In this document: piece by piece, positions 38,301 to 50,300 of the stretch | Numbering within the stretch: position 1 is the first letter of the stretch | Layout: each line of letters starts with the position of its first letter | DNA from: Yuukianura sp. NJ FZ-2021 | Taxonomy: Eukaryota | DNA length: 64,000 nt | Assembly (NCBI GenBank): GCA_046563655.1 | Contig: CM102290.1 | Location: 10,044,001-10,108,000 of the forward strand | Direction of reading: 5' to 3' | Notes under the pieces: generated by a model | Told to the model about the DNA's origin: nothing | Databases searched by the model: none | Seen by the model: the letters and a program-made list of their open reading frames with translations, nothing else | Program-made: the position numbers and the translations under genes

Positions 38301-41300
38301 GACGTTTGAAGTTGTCGTTTTTGAAAAAAAAAATTGAATTTTGATTTTGTGATTTGCGATTTGAATAGAGTTGTGTCAAACTCCTGGAGCTGAGTCGTGA
38401 TACCCTAAAGCATCTGGCGGAATTGAATTTGCTCTACAGTAAGGCTGGAACGACTGGTCAAAGTGAAGCGATGGATTGGGGTGTTCACTACGCATGGGTG
38501 GAATCGACTCATCCGTACAAACCAGCGGCCTTGTCTCAGTACCAGTGCGTTGAACTATATCATTGCATACTATTTTATTTTTATTATTTTAATAATTACA
38601 TTATTCGCACAATATCTCAACTTTTTTTTTCATTCTAGAGTGACTTTTCCAAGTCGTGTCAAGGAAATGACCATTGAGTTCGATCCACGCTGTGTCACTG
38701 CTCAGGACGAAGACATTCTGAAGGTATGCATTCCGTTCGACCCGACAGTGGATCAGGAGCAAAACGACGACGGTGAGTATGCGCCGTACATAACTGCAGT
38801 CGACAAATGTTTTGGGGCGAAGAACTGGCCAGACAAAGCCATCGTCATTCCAGGTAAAAATTTCCAAAGCTCAGTTTCTGCTTTGGAATTTGAAAGTTAT
38901 CGGCAGAAGTTTTTACACTTTTTTTTTTTGCAGGAAATGATCTCTTGTTTTCGTTTGAAACTGCTTCTGATCATGTGCGAGGAGAGAGACGAGACTATTT
39001 TGGATTCAGATGTCTCGTGACGGGTTACGAATATCGAAATTCGGCGGGATTCCAAGAAGCGGAACTTGAGCTGAGCCACTTAGCTGGATTCTGCTCACAC
39101 GAATTGATGAAGCGGAGTCTAGTACTTCCTCCAGTATCAGGTTGGTAGCATTTTCAACGCCCTGTTTATGATTTTTTGTTTCAAATTTAAAAAAGAAAAA
39201 ATTGTAATGTTTTCTAAATGTTTTGAATTGTTAGCGGAGGAACTGAAAGTACCGGATGAAGAAAAGGCGTCGGATGAAGTAGCTCTTGCAACTTGTCTCA
39301 AGCACCACGCTTTGTTCTCCAAGGGTATTGGAATCCAGTACTTTCCGTCTGTCCAGGAAGCACTTGATGGACTTGTGCCTCTCAGGTACAAAACTTTTTC
39401 CTTTCTTATTCAAATTATATAAAGTTGTTCAAATAGAAATCAAATTTTGGTTCTTGTTTGAACAACTTTTTACAAAATAGTTTTCAAAAACTTGAGTTAG
39501 AAAGTCATCTTGTTGGCGAAGCGTGAGAATTGAAAGTTTTGTTTTGGTTCGAACCGAGGTGACAGACATGAGATGGTCCATCTGCTTTCGACGGAAGTAC
39601 AATCCTAACTTGTACTTCCTCTAATTCCCGCGTTCTTTAAGTTGTTTTTGCTTCAGAAAACTGTTTAAAAAAGGTTTTTAAAAAAGTGTTTCCGGACAAT
39701 TTGCTTGGGTTGTTGAGTGGAAAGAAAGTGTAACCTTGATGTGTATTATAATGATGATTGATGCAATGACAACGAGAAGCAACACAAGGAAATCGACTAA
39801 GGAAACAATTTTTACTTGTGCTTTTTAACAAATCTCACACGACTCAAAGGCATGTGAAGTTTGTTAAAAACTTGAAGCGTCCGCACATGCACTTTGTACG
39901 CAGAATCCTGATTGTTTATGTTCAAAATGAAATGAGGTGACAATTATGACATGGAGGGAACTGGAATTTTGAAAAGCAAATTGGCCTAAGCTGTGGTAGT
40001 TTACGACTTCCAATTTGTTTACTCGTTCTTGCTCCATCCATTGAAATTGTAATGGCAATTGTTCTTTCTATTCTGTTTTTGTGAGAATGAACGACCGAAG
40101 TGGTGGTTGTAAACAGAAGAAACGAGCAGAGTTTTAGAATGAATGGAAAAACGAACGAGCAGTTAGATCTGCGGGGTAATTAGTTTTCAGCGAGCAAAAA
40201 AGAAACGATTTTTTTATTTTCAAAACAAACGCAAACGTGTTCTGAACTCACTAAAGCTAGAAGTTAAGCGATGGAACTTTTTTGACTTTGACTTAGTTTC
40301 CAACAGCAAATTTGTGCTAAACCGATTTTATGCTGAGTTTTCATTTTTTTTTTTGTAATTTGAGTCATTTTTTGTTCTTCATTTACAACACCGAACGCAG
40401 AAAAAATCAAGGCTGGAATTGTTTTTTGACTGTAGATGCTCTAGAGCAGGATGTAAGTGAGCGGAAGAGAGTTTGAGATGCGGAACCGAACCTGATTTGA
40501 AATGAATTGACTCTTGACCTTTGACACAAACGGCGGTACGTTCAAATGGAAAGGCGGTACGCGGGTTCACTAATCTTGCTTCTTTTCGCATCTCGATCGC
40601 TCTATTTCCAAGATTCAGGGTTCTGGATTTTGAATTTTCCTTTTTCCACGGACGTGAAAGTAGGTTGTGTGTTTTAGGTTAACGACTTATGAACTAATCA
40701 ATTGTTCAAATTTGGTTATTCATCGAGGATTAGGTTAACGACTTAACCTAATCACTTGTTTAGTTCGAATTGGTTCATTTAGAAACCCTTAGCAACTAGA
40801 ATTTGTCCAACTGCCAACAGTTGAACCGATTAGACCAAAGCATTGAAACTTTGAATTTAGCGTGAACAAAGAATGTGAGTAAGAATTGGGAGAAGGGACA
40901 GGGAGAGGGCGGGAATTTGCAAATTTTTTGAAAATATTGGAAGACAGTTTTATCGTTACTTTTTCATGGGATTTCCAAATTTGGCAGAGGAAGTTGAGGA
41001 TTGTCTTGAAAACTGAGAGTTAGTTGTACGCATTAGTTTGGAGATAATGTTGAAAAGTGGAAGTTAATAAGTTATGGTGAGTCGTTTGTTTAGGGACGAT
41101 TAGGAAGAGGGATGATGCGTCATGGTCTTATGTTTTGTGGACACTTTTTCAAAGTTCTGGAAGTTTGTCTTTTGTTGAAATTGTGTTAAATGGACAAGAG
41201 AATCGCTGGGGAGATAAAGTTATGGTTCCAGGACACACTTGACGCTGTTCCTTGCGTCTCTGCTCTTCTCAGAACTATTTGTCAATTGAAATGACCTTAA

Positions 41301-44300
41301 GTTGAAGTTGAGAAGTATAACTTTTGAGACAGACAGCGGCAGTGACAACATACGCTTCGTTTTTGATAATTTTTGGCAAAAAGTGGTCAAAATAGAATTT
41401 GTAAAGGAAGTGACAGTTTAAACTTTTTTGAACTTGATTAAGCCTTCTTAACATTTGCGACTGTTTGCTCGAACGATGAAAAAAATGCAGAAGTTAAACT
41501 TTGCAAAGTATGAAAAGTTCAGTCTGATTTTAATATTTGGTCTTCTATTTGCTAATACACAAAAAAGCAATGCGAAGAGGACTAAACAGTAAGAATTTAC
41601 ATAACGTTTTCACACTTTGGTTCCATTTCTTACAATCTAGCGTAAATAAATAATTAGGTTTGAATTTTTGGAAACAAAATTTCGAATATTTTTCAAAACA
41701 CTTTATCTAAACTAAGTATTTGTCCTAGTTTTTTCAAGTGGTTTTTAAGATTATAGTTTTCAAATAGCAGCGTTTGAAGGTTTTTTTTTGACACGTTTAA
41801 AAATGACTGGTTTGGTCCCTAGGTTTGTTCTTGCTTGTTTGACTTTTTTGATTGTCATAAAATTTTGTTTTCTTTTCAATCGCTTTTTAAAAAATTTAAA
41901 AGTTGAAAAAGTAAAAGGAAGGAAATTGGTTTAAAATGTTAATCTACTTTAAAGTTAATAGTACTAAAAAGTAGGTAAAGTTAACCTAACGTAATAATTC
42001 TCCCTTAAAGAGTTTAGCGTTTGAATTTTTAAGTGGAAACCTTGTAAATCGCGTATCACAAATTCTCAATTCTGACTGTAATAAGTGCTGATCGTCGTCG
42101 TTTCAGAGTCAATCCAAAAGTTTGCTTTGACATTTTTTGTTCATTTGAGCGTCGAAGAAAATGGCGGTGGAATTGAGGGGAGAGGCCTCTGTTGACAGGA
42201 ATTTGAAGTTTCTGCGGTAGAAGGCACTGTGGGCGGAGTCGTGAGTCGACCAATAGGACGGGGTCGCTGGACACAAAACGTTTTGTTGCGATGTTGTGGG
42301 TTGAAGTTGGTCGGAGAGGGAAATGAATTGAGTTCGGCGTATACGTGGGCTTGGACGTCTTGTGGTTCAGTGTAGTCACACATTTGGGGTGACACGGAGA
42401 GGTGGGTGACCTCTGACCCCTTACCCTGCTGTGCAGCGTTGCTAAGTTCAGAGTAGATGTCGGAGGGGGATCCGTAGTCAGGGCAGAGGGCGGTAGATCG
42501 GGTGGGTTTGGATCGGATTTGAGCATAGCGAGGTGTTGGTATGGCCAGTAGTTGACTTTCTCCGGGGATCAGCGAAGATGACCTTGGGGGAGGGCAGTGG
42601 GTGGTAGTAGAAGTTGATCGTTGAGATTTGACCTTGGAATGCGGGGGATGAGCTTTCGGGAGGACGGTGACGTCGGGAGGAGATGCTGGTGACCTTGGAT
42701 CTTCACTGACGTGGATGAGGTCATAGAGATGGTCAATCGTTTCTTTGGCATCCCAAAACGCCTCTGGATCGCTAAGCTTGTCCCGAAGGCCCTCGATTAC
42801 TTCGTTAGACAGGTCACTTGGAAGAGTCTGTACTCCTTTGTCTTCCATTTCAACGTCTTCAAATAGTGACGACCTTGGGCGTACTAGATTTGCACGAGGT
42901 AGAGCAGGTATCGGCATTTTTCCGTTGGCGGCCATTGGCACTTTTGACCCAGCTGAAAAGAGGCCGCTGTAGCCGTTCTGTGGCGGTGGAGAGTCCCGTC
43001 CTGCGTGAGCATTAAGTCTCGGTCGACCGAGTTCGGTTTTTTCCTGACTGCTTCTGTCTCGACGACAAACGTACACGACGAGAACAATGACCAGGACAAT
43101 AATGATGGCCAGGGCAACCGTGCCGACGAAAATGGCAAGGAGGCGGAGCTTGCCGGTTAATTGCGGAGTTGACAAGACTTCTTCATCAGTATCGTTCACT
43201 GCTTCAAGTTCGTTCAAACAGAGAAAAGTTGCTTCGGAACACAGATCGGGCCATTCGGCAAACGAAACTAGTGTTTTGGAAGTGTCGGAACGACCAAGAC
43301 AACCTGCCCCCTTGGCTGTCGTCAAACATGCGCTGTTGTTCCACAGTTGTTCTTGGAACCAGTCGCTGGATCCGTTCAATGTCACGGACGGAATGAACAA
43401 AGGTGAGCAGTTGCAGGGTTGCAGAATTTCGTTGTCTAGAATTGCTGTAAATGGCGTGGTGGAACTGTGTCCTACTTTTATAAAATCCGTACCTAGGTTA
43501 GAACCCCACCGGTTGCCAATCAGAACTGTCAGATTGAACTGGGCTGAGTGTTGAGTTAGATCCAATCCACCGGATTCGACGGATTCAAAAGAATTATTGA
43601 CGAAAGACAGTTCTGTCCAATCGCGCAGCGTGAGTCCGTTCGTCCGGACGTCCTGGAAGACATTGTTTTCGAAGGTGGCGGAAGGTATGATACCGGACAA
43701 GGCGTGACCTTGAAGTGTACCAACTGTTGAGTCAGTCCAGGTCATGTTGGTTATGCTGGAAGCTATACCTTGTGGGTCAATGTTGTTGATTTGACAGGAT
43801 TCGACGATCCATGAGTCGTTGATGAGGATTTCTTCGTCGAAGGCTTTTGATTCGATGGACGTAACGCGGGAATTTTGAAATAGAATTTGTTGAAGGGTTT
43901 TGCCTTTGAATGCAAGTGAAGAGATGAGCCGGATTTCGGAGTTTAGGAACTGAACAATGTTGAGGCTGGAGGGAAAGGATTTCGTTGGCAAAGTGTCGAT
44001 GGAGACGTTATCGAAGTTCAAATTTCGCGAAATTATTTCTGAAAACAAAATTCAAAAAATTTTAAAGAAGTTTGAACCAGCATTAAATCTAATTTTTGAA
44101 ACTTGTTTATCAGTTTGAAAATAATTTCATTCTGATTTGACTGAAAATGTTTGACTTTTGTGGCGTTTCGGTGTATAATACGCGCGGTATTTATATAAAG
44201 ATCGCAGAAGTTGTAGAATGGAATTCTTTGAAAAACTGATGGGATATTTGTAAATCATAATACAATTTTTTTTCAATGATTTTTTTAAATTAAAAAATTT

Positions 44301-47300
44301 GGAAAACTTACGTGGATTAAGTTCGAATGCAGACTCCATGATAGTTAGGTTTCGGATATTGGACAGGTCAAGGTCAAAATGTGGTCCTGTCATGGGAGAG
44401 AATGCTTGCGGATGAATACGTAGATTTTGACAGTTGTGAATGCGCAGACTCACGCTCATGCTGGGATTGAAATTCTGTCCACTGTCAGTTCCTCGCTGCA
44501 GGTTAATCACCTAAGGAAAATGAAAAATCATTAGGTTAACTCATATGGTTAGGTTAACCTAATTTGGGTTTTAGTCTAAATGTTTCCTTTTCCGTTGGAA
44601 AACCTAATGACGAGCAGTTAATCAGGTTAACTATTTACCAAACGAATTTTAAAATGTAGTTTTCTTTTCAATTTTTGAAATCTGTTTTTTTTTTTTTGTA
44701 ATTTTGGACAGGAAATTTTTTCAATCTCAATTTTTTTTAAATTGAGTACACGCCATTCATGCTGTGGAGCAACACGATTCTAATTTTTTTGATGATCTTC
44801 TCCTCTTCTATGATGAAGATGATATGATGCGTAGAGTGATAAATTGAAAAAAAAATTGAGTTGGCGGCAAACTTTGAATTTCGTGGAGGAAGTGTCCTTT
44901 GTTATTTGAAAATTGTGAAGTGTATTTTGTTGATGGAAGGATAGTTTTGGTCGTGACATGCTCAAACGCACGACAACCGGAAACCACAATTCGGAGTAAT
45001 GAAAATAGAATTGGAGACTTTGTATCACAGTTTCAAACAAACCACATCTTCTGTGTTTTTAGTTTGCCTGCGCACGCGTTCTGCAGCGATGAGTCTTCAT
45101 TGAATCAAAAAGTTAATTTTAGTGCTTGATTTGGAAAAAATATGTTTTGAATTTAGTAATTTTGTTTTCTGTTTTTTTTTTCTTCCTTGGACGCTGTTTA
45201 TGGAATGACACTTCCGGTGTAGTTTGTAAATGAGGTTAAATGGAAGAGAGACGGCGATTGTGGTGGTGAGGAAATGGTTAGGTTTTGCCCTGCAATGTCA
45301 ATGCTCTCCTTCTGTCATTTTTTGATATTTTTCATAAATTGTGTCGGTAGTGAGGAATTGAAGCGTTGAAATTTTTGTTGCGAGAGGATGATTTTTGAAA
45401 TTATTTGAGCGAAAAACAGAGTCACCTTTGTGACTCAAATGAATGAGAAGATTTAGTTTGGCGGAAAATTTTTGCTAGGAAATGTTTTCGGCGGTGATTT
45501 TTTTGCAATTTTGATTTCCACTGGTCTGAAGCAGGAATCAACCGTGCAACATATCTTATTATGAAATGTTGCATGTTGCACATACTCATCTTATATGTTG
45601 CGTGTTCCACATTATCATTTTTTGTTGCTTCGTATGGTTCTACTGCGTGTTGTGATATTGTAGGCTTATGTTTATGATGAAATTGTACGTTGGGTCCGTG
45701 TGTTTTATGTTGGTGCTGTATTTTCCATGTTTATGTTTTATGTTGGTACATATTCTGTAATGTTGCGTATTGTGGTATATTGCTGTATTGGATGTTATAC
45801 GCTAATGTGATACGCTGGTATAGTAGTACATAGAGGTGATAATATCTTGCATATTAGTGTGGTATGTTGTATGCCTATGCTATAAGTTTGTGTTGTATGT
45901 TGTTTGCTTATAGTGTACTATGTTGGTATCGCATACGAGTATGTTATACGCTATCCAACGATATTCCGGCATTACCGTATGTTGTGCTTTTGTATATACC
46001 TATGTTGCATTTGGTTTTGCATGTTTGGTATCTTGTGTTTTATGGCAATGTTGTACATCGGTATTGCATGTTATACATTGTATCAGGTGTTCCAAATATA
46101 ACTATTATCTTTTTTCTCTCTGTGTAACTTCTCCATCTCATCTCTCATCTCACACTGTGGAGTTTTTGGAGCTTATGGGTTTTGTGCACAAAAAGATAAT
46201 AGTTATATTTGGAACACCTGATATAACTGTACAGTGTATGGTGCTTAGGTTCCTTTTGTCACTCGTTATCTACAGTTGAGAGACAGTTATAATGGATTTC
46301 TTACGGAAAATTTATTTAAGTTTAGTTACAAGGATTATTTGCGATTTTGATTGTGTAGGAAGAATTGAGCGGCGTGAAACAATTTGAATTTAGCCGCTCT
46401 AAAAATTCAAAGTGACAAAGATGGAAGTGTGGAAGATTGAAAAGTTGCGCACTGCGTCGTCGAAAGTTGGACATTGTACTTTGTAGGAAGATGATTGTGG
46501 CATTTTAGAATTGTTCTATGCAGTCATCGGAGTGTGGGAAAATTTATGTGCTTTTTCTTATTCTGTATTTTTTCTGTTCGAACAAGACAATTGAAAATTC
46601 TACAAGACAACCGCCTCAGGCATTCTTTTTAGAACAGGGCTTGAGTAAGTTCTTTTGTTCTAAATTTTGGAGAGTCATTTGAACACGGATTTAAGTGACT
46701 AAATAATTTCCATTTTGGAAAACAAGTACCCAGAGGACTTTGGGAGCCTTAAGGCCCATTTTTCGGATAATGAGAATGTAATGGAGTGAAGTGTGAGACT
46801 TAAGGGAGGGATGGGCCCTTCACGTTTGCCTCCAGATAATAAAGGCTTCTTCTTGGGATTAGTGTGCAGTCGCAGAAAAAACAATTTCTAACTGATAATC
46901 TTTGGAACTTATATTTAGGACATTTGTTTTTAAAATTTTAGAAATTAGTAGTGTTGGAGAGAACAGAGGTCAAACTGAACAAGAGAAAGGAGAATTCAGA
47001 GTTGAAAAAGAAAGTTGAAGTTGAAATGACAGTTTGAGCGGGAAATTTAATTTGGGCAAATGCGTGGAGGGTGGTTTATCGTGTGTCGATTGTTGTCTCT
47101 TTTTTGTGTCCTGTGTGTTCTGGTCCAATGGGGGAGGAAGTTAATTGTAGGAATTGTTAGATTAGAATTGGGGTTACAATGAGGAATGAAACCTTAAATT
47201 GTCCCTAGAGAGAGCATGGGTAGTATGGGGATGTTGATGTCAACTTACTTTGTCGCATTTTGTCGAAGTGGGATGTTGGTAAGAGGGAGTAACTACTGCT

Positions 47301-50300
47301 TTTTTTTGGTTTTGAGGGTAATTGAATAGTACGACATTCTGTTTGGTAAGTCTAGCAGGCGACATTGGGCGTTTTCTTGTCCAACATAAGTTGGACCATA
47401 TCCACTTACTCGTACTCCCCTCCTTGTTTCATAAATTTGTGGCTACCCGGCCCTGAACTAAACTAGATTCCACAACTAACCTAATTGGCGACGTTTTCAG
47501 GTTAGGTAGGAAGGTAGACTATCCTAACTAAGCATAAATTAACTTCGTCTAGCCCAACTACCTAACGGAATACGAAATTGATGTATGTTGGTTAGGTCAT
47601 GGAGTAAATTTGTAAACTTATTAGGTATATGGAGTAAATTTGTTAGGTTAGTTTTATGGGGTTGTGTACTTTAATTGTGTTTGTAGAGGAAATGTGTAAG
47701 TGCGAAGTTTGATTTGTTCGATGTGAGCTTGGTATTAGAAAATTTTGTTTTGATTTTGGTTGTTATTAGAGAGGTTGAGAAACTTTGTGAGTTTGGTGTG
47801 ATTCTCATGGCTTTTGATTGTATGTTTTAAGTGTAGAATTTGAAGATTGGGATCGGAGTGTGATATTTTGAGTGAATAATAAATCATTGCAAGTGTTTAT
47901 TGTAGCGGAGTGGAGGAGGATGTGGCTTTTCTGTTATCTGTGCTTCAAAATCCAACAAGAAACTCTGTTGTATGGCAGTTAAGTGATGCAAAGAGTAACA
48001 GAGTTTAGAGATCAATTCTGTAAACTCTGTTTCTTGTGAAAAAGAAAAAATTCATTTTTTTTTCTGAGACGTATTCGCTCTTCTCCACGCTTTCTGCTCA
48101 TTGCTAGGTTTTAGATTACAGTAGTTAGTTGAAGAGAAAAGAAGTTTTAGGGATGCTTAATTTTAATTGTAGTTTAATTAAAGTCTGATGACGTTAATTG
48201 GTGCTATTTTGCTCAAATTGAAAGTGGTTTTGTTTATATTGTGGAGATGAAATCGACAGGGAGAAAAATGGTGAATGGAGTTTTTTCTCTTTTTTCTTGA
48301 GTTGCGATGCACTTGGTTTCTGGTTTATTTCGCTGTCTAGCAAAGGAATCACCAATTTAACAATTCTAAACACTCAACTACATGCATCGAGAACGAGCAG
48401 AAGGGAAAAAAGCAAGGGAAAAGATCGTTTAAGAAAAACGAAAACAAAACAAAGATGCAACTTTTAAGCGGGGTTAGAAACTTTGGGAAGAAGAGCCAAG
48501 AGGCTTAAGAACGAGAGCGGAAAATACGATGCCAGGGTTCGAGTCTCAGCGGGTACACGGGTTTCTCCAGGAGAATTTCTTCTCTTTTCTCTCTTCTCAA
48601 CAAAGTCATGACAAAATAAAGAAATTTTAGGAAGTTTTGAAATCTCTGCGTTTTAAATTTTGATTCAAAAAGGGGACCCTCCCCATCGCTTGTGATGGTT
48701 TACTCTAGATTTTTGGAGTTTTGTGAAAATTATGTTTGTGAATTTTGAAATTTTTTCATTTTTTTTAAATGGGTGCCACCCTTTATCCACCCATTGGGTG
48801 GATGGCGTACTCTGCTGGATAAACCGTATACATGCAGCCTGAATGCATTTTTGAATCTACTCCGTGACAGGCGGAAGATTCATTTGTGAAACTCTATTTT
48901 GGGGTTCCTTTGCGGCTAAACGCTTCAACATTCCTCTCTTCTAACTTTCGTAATTCTATTGGTGTGAAAAGATTTTCAAAACAGTGGGAGGTCTGTTTTG
49001 AATTACAATTTTAGTTTTTTAGAAAATGCGAAAATTTAAAATTTTCGAACCTGATCTGCGGCGTCTTCCTGGCAAATACAGGTGATGAGCATGTGTGAAG
49101 TGTTCACGATAGAGCAGGAACATTCTGGCGTTGTTTCACAAATTTCTTGCGATACGATCCATGTTGTGGTGACACTGTCGTCGTCAAGGTCGCCACTCAC
49201 ATTGGCGACTGCCACTGGCCCGCTAAAAACCAGGGAATTGATGATTAACACAACGATGAACCTGCGTATACGCACCGACGCGCACATGATTCCAAGCACA
49301 TGCATTTCTTAAAAGCCGAATTTTAGTTAACTCTGGCAGAATGTCGAAACATTTTTGAAACTGAAAGCTGGCGCGGCGTTGAACAGTGTTTGCGACGGAA
49401 ACAAAAATTTGTTGATGTAGTTTGAGATTAGTTTGGGGGTTGAAAATCTTGACGCGGTGAGTTTGAATACTTTTGAAATGGCGGAGTTGAACAATTTTGA
49501 AAAATCCATAAAATTATGAAACTGTTTTTGTTGAGTCACGTTGGATTTGAAAAAAAGTGGTTTTTGACGAATGCCAAAATCTGGTTCTTCTCGTTTTTCC
49601 TTTGTTTTTTCCGTGAGTAGAGTCAGAGGACCTTGGATGAGGTTGCTTCTGGGAATGTCATGTTTAATGGAGGACTAAGGTAGCTAATTACCACTTGCAG
49701 CAGATACTCAACTTATTAGATTTTTAGATTTCTAGAACTGAAGTTTTTAAACATTTTTTTTTGGAGCTTATGAGTGTGACTTTAGACTTGAAGTCACAGG
49801 CACTGACTGTCTCCTTCTTGGTTACTGAATGCTGATTGCTGAAGTGAGTGCGTGAGTTTGGAGTGAAACTGACTCAGTTTGTGTTGTTTCCGAAGCTTAA
49901 GGGAGTTGTCTTGGTTGAAGATGGTTGTAAAAAGTGGATTTTGTTGATGGATGAAATAGGAAGGGATGCTGAGAAATGATGACGGAGAATAATCTGATGA
50001 GCTTGTTCTTCAATTTTGAAACACTTTTTTTTGAAATGTGCCAAACTTCCGCTCTCTTCAAGTTCAAAACTGCAGAGAGTGGAGCTGGAAATGTAATTTG
50101 GAAGTCCAAATGGAAGGATAATTAAAGGAGAGCAAAAGTAATTTGGAAGGGGACGTTTTACTTTTTTTTTTTGCTTTTTGAGAGACAGGGAAAAGGTAGG
50201 AATTAAGGGCTACGACCTCCACTTTACTGTGTTGTAAATGCACTTTTTTGAAAGTGCATCAAAACCTTTGTCTGGGAGCCTTTAAGGGAGTCGGCGACTG

